The notes under the pieces were generated by a model that saw only the letters and a list, made by a program, of their open reading frames with translations, had not been told where the DNA came from and did no database searches. Shown piece after piece: positions 9,761-19,389 of a stretch of 60,908 bases of DNA; the first letter of the stretch is position 1; every line of letters starts with the position of its first letter. The DNA comes from Deltaproteobacteria bacterium. Its GTDB lineage: Bacteria > Desulfobacterota > Binatia > Bin18. Made by a program: the position numbers and the translations under genes. The stretch is from contig SHZE01000005.1 in assembly GCA_009692435.1 (NCBI GenBank), positions 1 through 60,908 on the forward strand. Direction: 5' to 3'.

Positions 9761-10387
9761 TCACGGTGAAATGCCGCGGCACGCGAGCCGGTATCCTCGT
9801 TCCGCTTTGCTGACATTTCCGGGCTTCAGGGAGAGCGTTGCGCGCAGCCGCAGAGCCAAGTCAGCAAGGCACCTAGGATCACCAGACTTCAGCTCCAGTT
9901 CGACCTCACAAATGGGCAATCGGTCCTCTCCCGCGTGAATCTCGCCACGATCCAGCGCACATTCGACCACATCACCACTCGGCAAATGTAGCAGGCGGCG
10001 GGTCCGCGAAAAATCGGTCACGAAAACTGGGTGAAGCGCGTGCCGGAGGTGTGGATCGGCAAACAACGCGCGGAGAGTAGGATCGGCGATCTCGTCAAAG
10101 ACAAACGTATCTTTGGTCGTGTCACATTCCCATTCTGGCCGTTCATGCACGCCAGCGGTGACACGTCCTTCTGTTTTGACCGTCTGAATCCAGCGACGTC
10201 CGACACGACGCAACCGTACAGCAATACGCTGCTGGTGGAGCACGCAATCTGTTGTGTCGTAGTAAATGCTCAGCAGACGTTGTGGGGCGAATTTCCTCCA
10301 CGTCAACGCTGTGATGAGGGGATGTCGCAGGAAACGTCGAGCATCTTCCGACGCGATCAGGAGCTTGAGTTCAATCTCGGTGCTCAT
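9761..10387 (-). CDS. CYTH-domain inorganic triphosphatase (YgiF-like, no CHAD domain)
   Basis: 'EIELK', 'YYDT', 'EVELELKSG', 'SKAERGY'. Confidence 0.9.
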   Translation of the reverse strand: MSTEIELKLLIASEDARRFLRHPLITALTWRKFAPQRLLSIYYDTTDCVLHQQRIAVRLRRVGRRWIQTVKTEGRVTAGVHERPEWECDTTKDTFVFDEIADPTLRALFADPHLRHALHPVFVTDFSRTRRLLHLPSGDVVECALDRGEIHAGEDRLPICEVELELKSGDPRCLADLALRLRATLSLKPGNVSKAERGYRLACRGISP

Positions 10388-10410
10388 CTCTGATCAGTGA
10401 GGTGTACCGC

Positions 10411-10830
10411 CTATCTGGCAAACACGCGTGTCATATCCTTGAACGATTTAAACTCAAGGATGTTGCCACTGGGGTCACGAATGAACATGGTCGCCTGCTC
10501 ACCCACTTGACCTTGGAAGCGCAGATGCGGCGCGATCACAAACTGTGTCTGCTCACGCGTCAGTCGTTCCGCCAACCGTTGCCACTCCGGCCACTCGAGA
10601 ATCACCCCAAAATGATGCACTGGAACATCGTCCCCATCAACGAGATTGACCGCCACCAGTCTCGCTTCTTCTGACGAGAGATGGGCGGTGATTTGGTGAC
10701 CGAAGAAATCGAAATCAATCCATTGGTCATTCTCTCGACCAATCTGACACTTCAGGAGATCAACATAGAATCGTCGGGTGGCGACGAGGTCGACCACGGG
10801 AAACGCGAGATGAAACCGTGGAGATGCCAT
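10411..10830 (-). CDS. VOC/glyoxalase family protein
   Basis: 'FHLAFPV..RRFY', 'DFFGHQ', 'HFG', '[10 protein letters not shown]'. Confidence 0.92.
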   Translation of the reverse strand: MASPRFHLAFPVVDLVATRRFYVDLLKCQIGRENDQWIDFDFFGHQITAHLSSEEARLVAVNLVDGDDVPVHHFGVILEWPEWQRLAERLTREQTQFVIAPHLRFQGQVGEQATMFIRDPSGNILEFKSFKDMTRVFAR

Positions 10831-10922
10831 ACGTGCATCTTTATACGGGCGGTTGTCGGATTTGACAAATACCAGCGAAGACGCCGCCAGGGCGTGGAGA
10901 AGCGTGAGGCAAGGGCGCGGCG

Positions 10923-11399
10923 CTATTCTTTGACTGTTGCGCCAATGCGGATAATCAAGATCCCGCCTTGATACCGCCGACCGCCGTAGAAGACCGTCCC
11001 GTTATTCGGCAGTGACAAGGCGGCATTCATAAAAGGGGACGGAGCGCTTCCTTCCATCAGCATGATTTGGAGAGCGATACGGTGGTTCGTGTACTCGCGT
11101 GGGGCGATCTGGAGGAACCGACCACCGGGGAGGGAAAAGTCTTCACGTTTCCCTAATTGTCCCTTCCGACTGACACGTTCGAGGAGTTGGTATGATTCAT
11201 AGGGAAACGCGTTCGTCAGTTGTTTTTGCAGATCGGGATTAAATGTCCCCTCGAACCCTTTTATGAGCCCTGGAGCGTCCACTGGAGAATTCATCGCCAG
11301 GACGGTTTCGATCCGTAGTTCAACTTCTTGAGCGTGGGCCTGGAAGGCGCACAGAAGGGCAAAAGCAAGACCGATCGGTGCGATACGCGACAGGCTCAT
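10923..11399 (-). CDS. Exported hypothetical protein, third gene of the ECF operon
   Basis: Signal peptide ending AHA; ATGA overlap with the anti-sigma gene. Confidence 0.8.
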   Translation of the reverse strand: MSLSRIAPIGLAFALLCAFQAHAQEVELRIETVLAMNSPVDAPGLIKGFEGTFNPDLQKQLTNAFPYESYQLLERVSRKGQLGKREDFSLPGGRFLQIAPREYTNHRIALQIMLMEGSAPSPFMNAALSLPNNGTVFYGGRRYQGGILIIRIGATVKE

Positions 11400-12025
11400 G
11401 GCGTTTCTTCGCTCATGTCGCTTCCAATCCAGATCACCGTCGAATTATTTCCAGGATCGTTCCACACCGCCACGGTGTCGGACGAGGAAAGCGACTCAAT
11501 CTGGGCCTGATTACTGACGAACGCGACCCCATCCTCAGGATCGTTTCTGTTCGAGGGGTGCTCGGAAACGAGGGCGGGCTGGGCCGAGCGTGCATCAGGT
11601 GACGACTGGGTGGCAATTCCCTCAGGTGGGAAGGTTGGCGATTGAGTGATGGCGGTGGTGCTTCGCTGTTGGAGGAGAATGCCGACGGTGAGCAGTAGGA
11701 CGGCCGCGACCGCCCACGCTGGCGCGTAGAGCGGCTGGGTGAGATGCCAGCGTTCAACCCACAGCCGAAACCGCATTGGCCAGGACGGTCGCGACTCTCG
11801 GAGCTTATCTTCTATGCCCTGCCAAAAAGTCGAGAAGTCAATACCTTCGATCTCCTCGTCAATGACTTGGCTGACCAGCTCTTGTCCTCGTTCGAGCAGC
11901 GACAACGCGCGGGTGCAAGGAAGACAGCTCACAAGATGAGAGTGCATTTCGCGCCGCAGGAGGCTCGGTAGTTCACCATCATGGAGCAGGGGAATCAATC
12001 GTTCAGCGTGCGGACACATTGCCAT
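11396..12025 (-). CDS. zf-HC2 anti-sigma factor
   Basis: 'CPHAERL..HLVSCLPC', one TM helix. Confidence 0.88.
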   Translation of the reverse strand: MAMCPHAERLIPLLHDGELPSLLRREMHSHLVSCLPCTRALSLLERGQELVSQVIDEEIEGIDFSTFWQGIEDKLRESRPSWPMRFRLWVERWHLTQPLYAPAWAVAAVLLLTVGILLQQRSTTAITQSPTFPPEGIATQSSPDARSAQPALVSEHPSNRNDPEDGVAFVSNQAQIESLSSSDTVAVWNDPGNNSTVIWIGSDMSEETP

Positions 12026-12132
12026 AAGCGCCTACAGTAGAGAATAAAAGGAGAGCGAGAACAAAGTCAGAGATGACTCTGCCTGAAAAATGATTGAGGA
12101 GTAGGATGACAGGTGGGACATACGCGCCATCG

Positions 12133-12705
12133 TTAGATCTCGCCTTTGAGACGAGACTGCAGTCGTTTCCGTGCGTAATGTAATCGACTCATAACCGTGC
12201 CACGAGAGCACTGCAAAATGTCACTGATCTCTTCGTAGGACAGTCCCTCAACTTCGCGTAGAAGTATGACCGCTTTATGCGCGGGCGTCAACTCGCCAAC
12301 CGCGGCGCGAATGCGGTTCCGTAACTCTTTGTCCTTGATTTGTTCGTAAGGATCATCACTCGGGTCCGAGGGCAGGGAATTGATACGATCGTTTTCTCCC
12401 TCTTTAGGGTCTTCGCGTTCGAGTAAGGGTTGGCGGTTTTTTCGACGTTGGCGATCAATCGCGAGGTTGGTGACGATCCGATAGAGCCAGGTGTAGAAGC
12501 TCGCTTCTTCCTTAAAATGTTTAATACTGGTGAAAACTTTGGCGAAGGCTTCTTGTACCACTTCAAGGGCATCTTCGCGATCATGGAGCATGCCCAGGGC
12601 GATAGCCACGGCTTTTCGTTGATACCTTTCAACAAGTTCACGAAAAGCGTCCCGGTCGTTTTCTTTACAACGCCGGACTAATTCCCAATCGCTCGCTTCC
12701 ACCAC
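12133..12705 (-). CDS. ECF sigma factor (RpoE-like)
   Basis: 'DALEVVQEAF..FYTWLYRI', 'GLSYEEISDILQCSRGTVMSRLHYAR'. Confidence 0.95.
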   Translation of the reverse strand: MVEASDWELVRRCKENDRDAFRELVERYQRKAVAIALGMLHDREDALEVVQEAFAKVFTSIKHFKEEASFYTWLYRIVTNLAIDRQRRKNRQPLLEREDPKEGENDRINSLPSDPSDDPYEQIKDKELRNRIRAAVGELTPAHKAVILLREVEGLSYEEISDILQCSRGTVMSRLHYARKRLQSRLKGEI

Positions 12706-12917
12706 GCGTACACATTCTCACAGACGTTCAGAGCGTTAACATATTCAGCCGTATGGATTTTTGCGACCCCCCATGCCCCCAAATCTAACAAAAAGCGCTG
12801 CCTGCTCCCCACGGATAGCTTGACAACATCTAAGAGGAGCATTATGTCCTGCGAGGAGGGACAACAGGGAAAGAACCCTCCCCCTCCAAATACACACAGC
12901 GATATTACTTCTCCTCT

Positions 12918-13673
12918 ATGATTGAAGTCCAACATCTTACCAAACGCTACGGCGATCTCACCGCGGTCTCTGATATTTCCTTCAACGTGGCCTCTGGACA
13001 AATCTTGGGATTCCTGGGTCCTAACGGATCGGGCAAAACCACGACGATGCGGGTCATCACCGGCTTCATGCCGGCCACGGGGGGAACAGTAAAGGTTGCC
13101 GGTTTTGACATTTTCGATGAATCGTTCGAGGCACGGAAACGGATCGGGTACCTTCCCGAAAGTCCGCCGTTGTACAACGATATGACAGTCGCGGCATATT
13201 TACGATTTGTGGCTCGCATCAAGGGCATGCCCAAAGCGGCAATCCCAGATGCTCTCGATCGTGCTTTGACTCGTTGTGGCCTGACCAAAGTCACGAACCG
13301 TGTCACCGGGCATCTCTCAAAAGGTTTCCGCCAACGTGTGGGCCTTGCTCAGGCAATTATCCACAATCCAGAAGTGCTGATTCTCGACGAGCCCACCGTC
13401 GGCCTTGATCCGCAACAGATCATTGAGATCCGTGCCCTCATCAGGGAATTAGCTGGACACCACACCGTGGTGCTCTCCACCCATATCCTGCCGGAAGTCG
13501 CCCAGGTGTGCGAGAAAGTTGTCATCATCAACGCCGGACGGGTAGTGATGGAAGATATGCTTGCCAATCTCACTCAAGGACAGACACTGGAAGAAGTATT
13601 CCTCAAGGCGATATCACAAGATGAGACCCCAGCGGAGATACAAAAACCCGAATCGCTGGAGGTGCCCGCATGA
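12918..13673 (+). CDS. ABC-2 transporter ATP-binding protein (GldA-like)
   Basis: Walker A GPNGSGKT, signature LSKGFRQR, 'LDEPTVGLDP'. Confidence 0.93.
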   Translation: MIEVQHLTKRYGDLTAVSDISFNVASGQILGFLGPNGSGKTTTMRVITGFMPATGGTVKVAGFDIFDESFEARKRIGYLPESPPLYNDMTVAAYLRFVARIKGMPKAAIPDALDRALTRCGLTKVTNRVTGHLSKGFRQRVGLAQAIIHNPEVLILDEPTVGLDPQQIIEIRALIRELAGHHTVVLSTHILPEVAQVCEKVVIINAGRVVMEDMLANLTQGQTLEEVFLKAISQDETPAEIQKPESLEVPA

Positions 13674-14443
13674 GAAACATCTGCACTATTGTTGGCAAGG
13701 AATTACGGTCGTACTTCGTCTCTCCCGTCGCCTATGTTGTCCTCACGGGTTTCCTCCTGCTCGGCGGGTGGTTTTTCTTTAACCTCCTCTCACGCTTCAA
13801 TTTACTGTTGAGCCTCTACCTGCAAGCGCAGGGACAAGAAGCGGTCGATCGTTTCAACCTCAACGATTATGTGATCAGCCCACTCATGCACAATCTCGCG
13901 ATTGTCCTCGTGATTCTCGTGCCGATGATCACCATGCGCGCCTATGCCGAGGAACGCAAAGGTGGGACCTACGAGCTGTTGCTGACCTCACCGGTCCGCA
14001 CCGGCGAAATCGTACTGGGAAAATTTCTCGCGTCGTTTTTGTTCATCGCCATTATGATCGGTCTGACGTTGATCTACCCGGCGATTCTGATCGCGTTTGG
14101 CAATCCGGAATTTGGCATTATGGCCTCTGGGTATCTCGGCCTTCTGCTACTCGCGACGGTATTCGTTTCCGTTGGGTTGTTGACCTCATCCCTCACCGAA
14201 AATCAAATTATTGCCGCGGTCAGCGGTCTGGTCTCGACACTCCTGCTCTACGTCATTGGATGGCCCGCGGAAACAGCGGGTGAGGTGCTTGGTCCACTCC
14301 TACGTTACCTCTCCGTGACTGAGCATTTCGCGGAAATGGTCCGAGGGATCATTGATACCCGCGCGCTCATCTATTTCGCCAGCCTTATTACCTTGGCGCT
14401 GTTTTTGACCCAGCGCTCGGTTGAATCCCTGCGCTGGAGGTAA
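13670..14443 (+). CDS. ABC-2 permease (GldF-like)
   Basis: 'KELRSYFVSP', 'EERKGGTYELLLT', about six TM helices. Confidence 0.9.
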   Translation: MRNICTIVGKELRSYFVSPVAYVVLTGFLLLGGWFFFNLLSRFNLLLSLYLQAQGQEAVDRFNLNDYVISPLMHNLAIVLVILVPMITMRAYAEERKGGTYELLLTSPVRTGEIVLGKFLASFLFIAIMIGLTLIYPAILIAFGNPEFGIMASGYLGLLLLATVFVSVGLLTSSLTENQIIAAVSGLVSTLLLYVIGWPAETAGEVLGPLLRYLSVTEHFAEMVRGIIDTRALIYFASLITLALFLTQRSVESLRWR

Positions 14444-14448
14444 AAATC

Positions 14449-15999
14449 ATGGCTGGATTGGGATCATTTTACGGTATCGTTGGGACTATTTTCCTACTCT
14501 TCGCCGGAGTCGCTTACTTCCTGACCCGGATTTTTTCTCTCTACGTCATCATCCACCTCCTCCTCGGCATTCTGGCCGTCGTGACCTACCTGGCGTCCGC
14601 GCGAGGGTCGCTTGGGACGTTTCTTGGCGAACGCTCCACCAAACAAGGCGCGCAAGCGCTGCTCTACTCGCTCCTCTTTTTCGCGGTCCTCGTGATGGTG
14701 AATTTTCTCTCAACGCGAAATCACCATCGGTTTGATTTAACGGAAGCGGGGGTGTTCAGTATCTCACCGCAAACACGCACTCTTCTCCAGAAGATCGACA
14801 AGCCGTTGGAGATCAATGCGTTTGTCGAAGTAGGGTCCGACCCAGCGCTCCGGGAACTCCTCAGCGGATACCGCGATGTTTCCTCACACGTGTCGTTTCG
14901 CCTCATTGACCCAGAGAAACAGCCCGATCTCGCCGAGAAGTTTCAGATCACCACGGTTCCCGCCGTGCACATGAAGTATGACGACCGAACGAACGTCGTC
15001 AATAAAATTTCCGAGGAAGAGATCACCAACGGAATTATTAAAATCACCCGAGCGGAAAAGAAACTCATCTATTTTCTTGGCGGCCACGGAGAGCCCGATA
15101 TCGCCGATGTCCAAGAGCCCCGTGGCTATGGGCAACTGAAAACCGCCTTGGAAAATGAGAGCTACGAAACAAAGCCGCTCATCCTCTCAGCCGATGCCGC
15201 GGTCCCCGACGACGCGAACTTGCTCATTGTCGGAGGAGGCGACCGCGCTTTGCAAGCGCACGAAGTCACCGCGATTGATGCGTATCTGAAAAAAGGGAAA
15301 CACGCTCTCTTCCTGCTTAATCCGCGTGGAACGTCCGAATTAGCCACCTATCTCGGCCAGTGGGGAGTCAAAGTAGGGAACGATGTCATCGTGGACGAAC
15401 AGCTCCAGCTCTTGAAGGGCCGCACGTTTACGTTGACGCCGTTCGTCACCACCTACGGCGCTCACCCCATCACCGAAGAACTCAGTCGTCGCGGCAACGC
15501 GCTCACTACGTATGGCATGTCACGTTCGGTTGAACCACAAACAGAGGGGAAAGCGGGAGTGACGCCCGTGAGTCTGGCGCAGACCAGCCCGAACGCTTGG
15601 GCGGAGACGGATCTCGAAAGTATCTTTCAGCGACAAACGGCGCGGCTAGATGAAAGCGACCGTAAAGGGCCCATTTCTCTTGCGGTGGCGGTAACCGCCA
15701 ATCTGAAAGAAATGGGGCTCGCACAGGAGAGCACTTCCCGTCTCGTCGTTTTTGGAGATGCCGTGTTCGCGAACAACCAATACATTGGCCAATACTTCAA
15801 TCGCGATTTGCTCCTCAACTCCATCGGGTGGCTCATCGGCGAGGAAGGGTTGATGTCAATTCGTTCGCGCACTATCCGCGCCTCGCGTGTGCAGTTCACC
15901 GCTGAACAGGGAACGGCGATTTTCTACCTCTCAGTGTTAGTCCTTCCTGAGTTACTCTTAATCGCGGGATTAGCGGTGTGGTGGCGCCGCGCGTCGTAA
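14449..15999 (+). CDS. GldG-like ABC auxiliary protein
   Basis: 'RFDLT', 'YFLGGHGE', 'VVFGD..N', C-terminal TM ending WWRR. Confidence 0.88.
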   Translation: MAGLGSFYGIVGTIFLLFAGVAYFLTRIFSLYVIIHLLLGILAVVTYLASARGSLGTFLGERSTKQGAQALLYSLLFFAVLVMVNFLSTRNHHRFDLTEAGVFSISPQTRTLLQKIDKPLEINAFVEVGSDPALRELLSGYRDVSSHVSFRLIDPEKQPDLAEKFQITTVPAVHMKYDDRTNVVNKISEEEITNGIIKITRAEKKLIYFLGGHGEPDIADVQEPRGYGQLKTALENESYETKPLILSADAAVPDDANLLIVGGGDRALQAHEVTAIDAYLKKGKHALFLLNPRGTSELATYLGQWGVKVGNDVIVDEQLQLLKGRTFTLTPFVTTYGAHPITEELSRRGNALTTYGMSRSVEPQTEGKAGVTPVSLAQTSPNAWAETDLESIFQRQTARLDESDRKGPISLAVAVTANLKEMGLAQESTSRLVVFGDAVFANNQYIGQYFNRDLLLNSIGWLIGEEGLMSIRSRTIRASRVQFTAEQGTAIFYLSVLVLPELLLIAGLAVWWRRAS

Positions 16000-16018
16000 A
16001 TCATCGCTCTCACATGCT

Positions 16019-17467
16019 ATGAACCAGCGTAAATCGTTGCTCATGATTGTCATCCTCCTAATCCTGGGAGGCTACATCTATTTGGTTGAATCCCCTCGCG
16101 AGCAAAAAGCGGCTGAGGAGAAGAAACTCGTCACATTGGATAAAGACGCCATAGTGGAAATTGCGCTGACATACCCAGACCGTGCGGTCACATTGAAGAA
16201 AACCGACGGGAAATGGCGGATTATCCAGCCGGTCGAGGCCGATGCTGACGAATCCACCGTCAATAACCTCATCACTGCTGTCATTGACGCCGAGGTCAAA
16301 CGGACATTAGACGAGGTTCCCCAAGACCTCACGGTGTACGGGCTGAACGCACCAAGGGTGAAGATGAAGCTGGTGCTCAAGGATGGCAAGCCCCTGCCAT
16401 TAGTGTCACTGGGTAAAAATACCCCTGTCGGCTCCTCGGTTTATGCACAAAAAGAAGGAATGCAAAAAATCCTGCTGCTCCCCCAGACTCTCCGCACGGA
16501 ACTGGCGAAAGAGGTCAAGGATTTACGCGATCGTACAATCTTAACGTTCAGCGACGATGAGGTCAGAAAAATCGCTATCCGCGCGGCGGACTCCGAAATT
16601 GTCTTGCAGAAGGCGGACAGTGGCTGGAAGCTGGAAAAGCCGATTTCGGCAAAAGCGGATGACATGGAGGTCCGCACCTTTCTCTCCAACTTACGCTCTA
16701 TTCGAGCGCAAGATTTTCTTGAAGACCCGACTCTTGAACCCAAGGAATTTGGACTCGCTCCACCACAACTGGAGGTGACACTGACCATCGGCACCGACAA
16801 TGCGCAGAAAACCATTCAGCTCGGCAACGAAAAGACCAACGACAACGGTGGAAAAACTCGCTATCTCAAGCGCGTCGGTCTGGAGAAACCACTCTTTCTG
16901 GTGGGTGATTCGGTATTGCGCGATGTCGGCAAGACCGCAACCGACTTCCGTGACAAAACCGTGGCTCAATTCACCCAGGAGCAGGCGGCAAAAGTCGAGG
17001 TCAAACGCCAAGATGGAGAAGCATTTACGCTCACACGCGGACCCGACAACAAGTGGACAATTGATAAGACGGCGGAAGGGACATTACGAGAGCCTGCCCT
17101 CAGTCAGTTCGTCGCCGATCTGCGAGAACTCCGCGGATTCGAGATTGTCGCGGACAACCCAACCGACTTGAGTCACTATGGTCTCGATCAGCCGGTTGTC
17201 ACAATCGCGATTTCAGACAAAGACGGGAAAAAGTTCGCCACTATCCTCACCGGCCAGAAAACGGAGGGAGAAACAAAGAAAGTGTTCGCCATGGCGGAAG
17301 GCGGGCAGACGGTCTTCGGCCTTCGCGATCACGTTTTTGACCGTCTCAACAAAAAGCCCGCGGAGTTCTGGGAAAAGCCAAATGACAAGAAAGAGGCATC
17401 GGCTCCCGCTCCCGCGCCTTCAATGGGTGAACCTGCAAAGCAGAATGAGGAATCGGCCCAGGAATAG
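16019..17467 (+). CDS. DUF4340 domain protein with tandem repeats
   Basis: N-terminal anchor, three 'L/K-xx-Y/F-GLxxP' repeats, follows the GldG-like gene. Confidence 0.85.
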   Translation: MNQRKSLLMIVILLILGGYIYLVESPREQKAAEEKKLVTLDKDAIVEIALTYPDRAVTLKKTDGKWRIIQPVEADADESTVNNLITAVIDAEVKRTLDEVPQDLTVYGLNAPRVKMKLVLKDGKPLPLVSLGKNTPVGSSVYAQKEGMQKILLLPQTLRTELAKEVKDLRDRTILTFSDDEVRKIAIRAADSEIVLQKADSGWKLEKPISAKADDMEVRTFLSNLRSIRAQDFLEDPTLEPKEFGLAPPQLEVTLTIGTDNAQKTIQLGNEKTNDNGGKTRYLKRVGLEKPLFLVGDSVLRDVGKTATDFRDKTVAQFTQEQAAKVEVKRQDGEAFTLTRGPDNKWTIDKTAEGTLREPALSQFVADLRELRGFEIVADNPTDLSHYGLDQPVVTIAISDKDGKKFATILTGQKTEGETKKVFAMAEGGQTVFGLRDHVFDRLNKKPAEFWEKPNDKKEASAPAPAPSMGEPAKQNEESAQE

Positions 17468-17522
17468 CCAGGAAGAGCGATACGTTGACTGCCCCTCCAC
17501 CGTAGTCTCTGTTTCCAAAGCG

Positions 17523-18245
17523 CTACTTATTCTCAATAATCACTTCCACCCGGCGGTTCTTTGCGCGTCCGGCTGCATTGTCCTCACCGTCCCGATTTTT
17601 ATTCGACTCAACTGGATACTTTTCCCCGTATCCTTTCGTGGTAATGCGCTGACTTCTCACACCGTCTGCTTCAAGGGCCGAGGCAACCGCATCGGCTCGG
17701 CGTTCCGAGAGCGCTTGATTCGCCGACTCGCTACCGATCGAGTCGGTGTGCCCCTCGATTGACACACGCCGCCCTCGGGCTTGATCGTTGAGCAGTTCAG
17801 CGATGTCCTGGACCTTTGCTCGTGAACCGCCAGCAAGATTCGCTTTGCCAAACTCGAACAGCACATCGGGTAAGTTTACGATCACCCCGCGTTCGGTTTC
17901 TCGTGCTTCAACCTTCTGTTTCTTAAGTTCCTCCAATAGTTCACGATTCCGCGCCAATTCTTGGCGTTGCTGTGCTACGGCTCGTTCTTCCTCCTCAATA
18001 TTCTCCTCACGCTTCTGCAATTCGTTGCCAACCAAAGCCCCACCCGCGGCACCGAGAGCACCGCCAATGGCAGCCCCTGCCGCCGGATTACCAACCGCGG
18101 CACCAATAATCGCACCCGTGGCAGCGCCAAGACCTGTGCCAACAAGCGTTCCTTTCTCGCGTTGGCTCAGTTCCTGTGAACAGCTCGCGAGCATGACAAC
18201 AAGCGCCAAGACTCCAGTAAGGCGTAAACGGTGAGATAACAACAT
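17523..18245 (-). CDS. OmpA-family lipoprotein with glycine zipper
   Basis: Lipobox LASC, GxxxG repeats, 'IEGHTDS', 'RAKNRRVEV'; paralog of 2768-3652. Confidence 0.92.
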   Translation of the reverse strand: MLLSHRLRLTGVLALVVMLASCSQELSQREKGTLVGTGLGAATGAIIGAAVGNPAAGAAIGGALGAAGGALVGNELQKREENIEEEERAVAQQRQELARNRELLEELKKQKVEARETERGVIVNLPDVLFEFGKANLAGGSRAKVQDIAELLNDQARGRRVSIEGHTDSIGSESANQALSERRADAVASALEADGVRSQRITTKGYGEKYPVESNKNRDGEDNAAGRAKNRRVEVIIENK

Positions 18246-18398
18246 AGAGATTCTCCTGTAAGAGTCGCCCATAGGGAAGGAATGCGTCAAAAGTTTGAGG
18301 AAGCAACTGGACGTCCGCGATTCCTCTTAGCCGCGCGCAAATATGAGTAGAAGTCCTTTTGTCAAGAAGAACCAAATCGGCGGGGATTCACTTGAGCC

Positions 18399-18770
18399 TT
18401 AGTCGTCGTCATCCTCCGCAGCGGGTCTTCGCCGTCTTTGTTGCTTCAATTCTTCAAGCTCCTGGCGTTGCTGTTGAATCTCGCGATTCTGTTCCTCAAT
18501 TTGGCGTTGTAGCGCGGACTGCCGAGTCTCTTGCCCCTGCATCTGATCACCGACCAACCCGCCACTTACACCGCCGAGCGCGCCCCCAATAGCGGCACCG
18601 GCACCCGGATTGCCCACCGCGGCACCAACAATGGCACCAGTGGCCGCACCGAGGCTAGCCCCAACGAGGGTTCCTTTTTCACGTGTGCCAAGTGGTTGGG
18701 AACATCCTTGGACAGTCAAGGTAAAGGCAAGCACTCCCACCGCCACTCCAGTCCGATACTGCATAGACAT
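18399..18770 (-). CDS. Glycine-zipper lipoprotein
   Basis: SD GAGGAGG, lipobox VQGC, 'REKGTLVGASLGAATGA'; paralog of 3702-4073. Confidence 0.85.
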   Translation of the reverse strand: MSMQYRTGVAVGVLAFTLTVQGCSQPLGTREKGTLVGASLGAATGAIVGAAVGNPGAGAAIGGALGGVSGGLVGDQMQGQETRQSALQRQIEEQNREIQQQRQELEELKQQRRRRPAAEDDDD

Positions 18771-18879
18771 GTCAACACCTCCTCTCTTGTGAGTGTGAAC
18801 AACGGTTTGCTGGCAAGGCATGCTACTGGGCGCGATTTCCCTCATCAATATAAAAAAATTAAGGAAGTGGGTGCGTGTT

Positions 18880-19377
18880 TTATGGAACAGGCGCTGGAGG
18901 ATTGCGGAAGGAGGTCCACAGCAGGCCAATCACACCAAGAGTGATACACGAATCGGCGACGTTGAACGCGGGCCACTGGTACATCCCCCAATAGAAAAGG
19001 AGAAAATCGATGACTTCACCATACACAACGCGGTCAATGAGATTGCCAATCGCCCCAGCCAGAACGCCAGATACCGCGATGGTCAGCAAGAGTCCTTCTT
19101 CCTTCACATGATGGAGAAAGACCGAGAGCGCCACGATCGCAATCCCGGTCACCACGAAAAAAAACGGCTGACGAAACCACTCCGGCGCTTGGGCAAACAT
19201 GCTGAAAGCCGCGCCAGGGTTGCGCAGGTGCGTCAGATCAAAAAACGAGGGCACGACGGGGATGCGCTCGTACAAGGGAATCATCCGCGCGACCAGGATT
19301 TTGGTGGCCTGGTCGAGCAGGATAATCCCCAACACCATCACGATAATAACCTGCGTTCTTGTGCTCACGTCGGCCAC
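18880..19377 (-). CDS. lspA: Lipoprotein signal peptidase II
   Basis: 'DQATK', 'NPGAAFS', 'GNLIDR', 'VIDF', 'FNVADS'; directly follows ileS. Confidence 0.97.
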   Translation of the reverse strand: MADVSTRTQVIIVMVLGIILLDQATKILVARMIPLYERIPVVPSFFDLTHLRNPGAAFSMFAQAPEWFRQPFFFVVTGIAIVALSVFLHHVKEEGLLLTIAVSGVLAGAIGNLIDRVVYGEVIDFLLFYWGMYQWPAFNVADSCITLGVIGLLWTSFRNPPAPVP

Positions 19378-19389
19378 ACTCCTGGGAGA

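Noticed and set aside
12918-17467. Gliding motility machinery
   Set aside because: GldA/F/G-like ABC sets are widespread in non-gliding bacteria; no gldK-N, spr or agl/glt genes here
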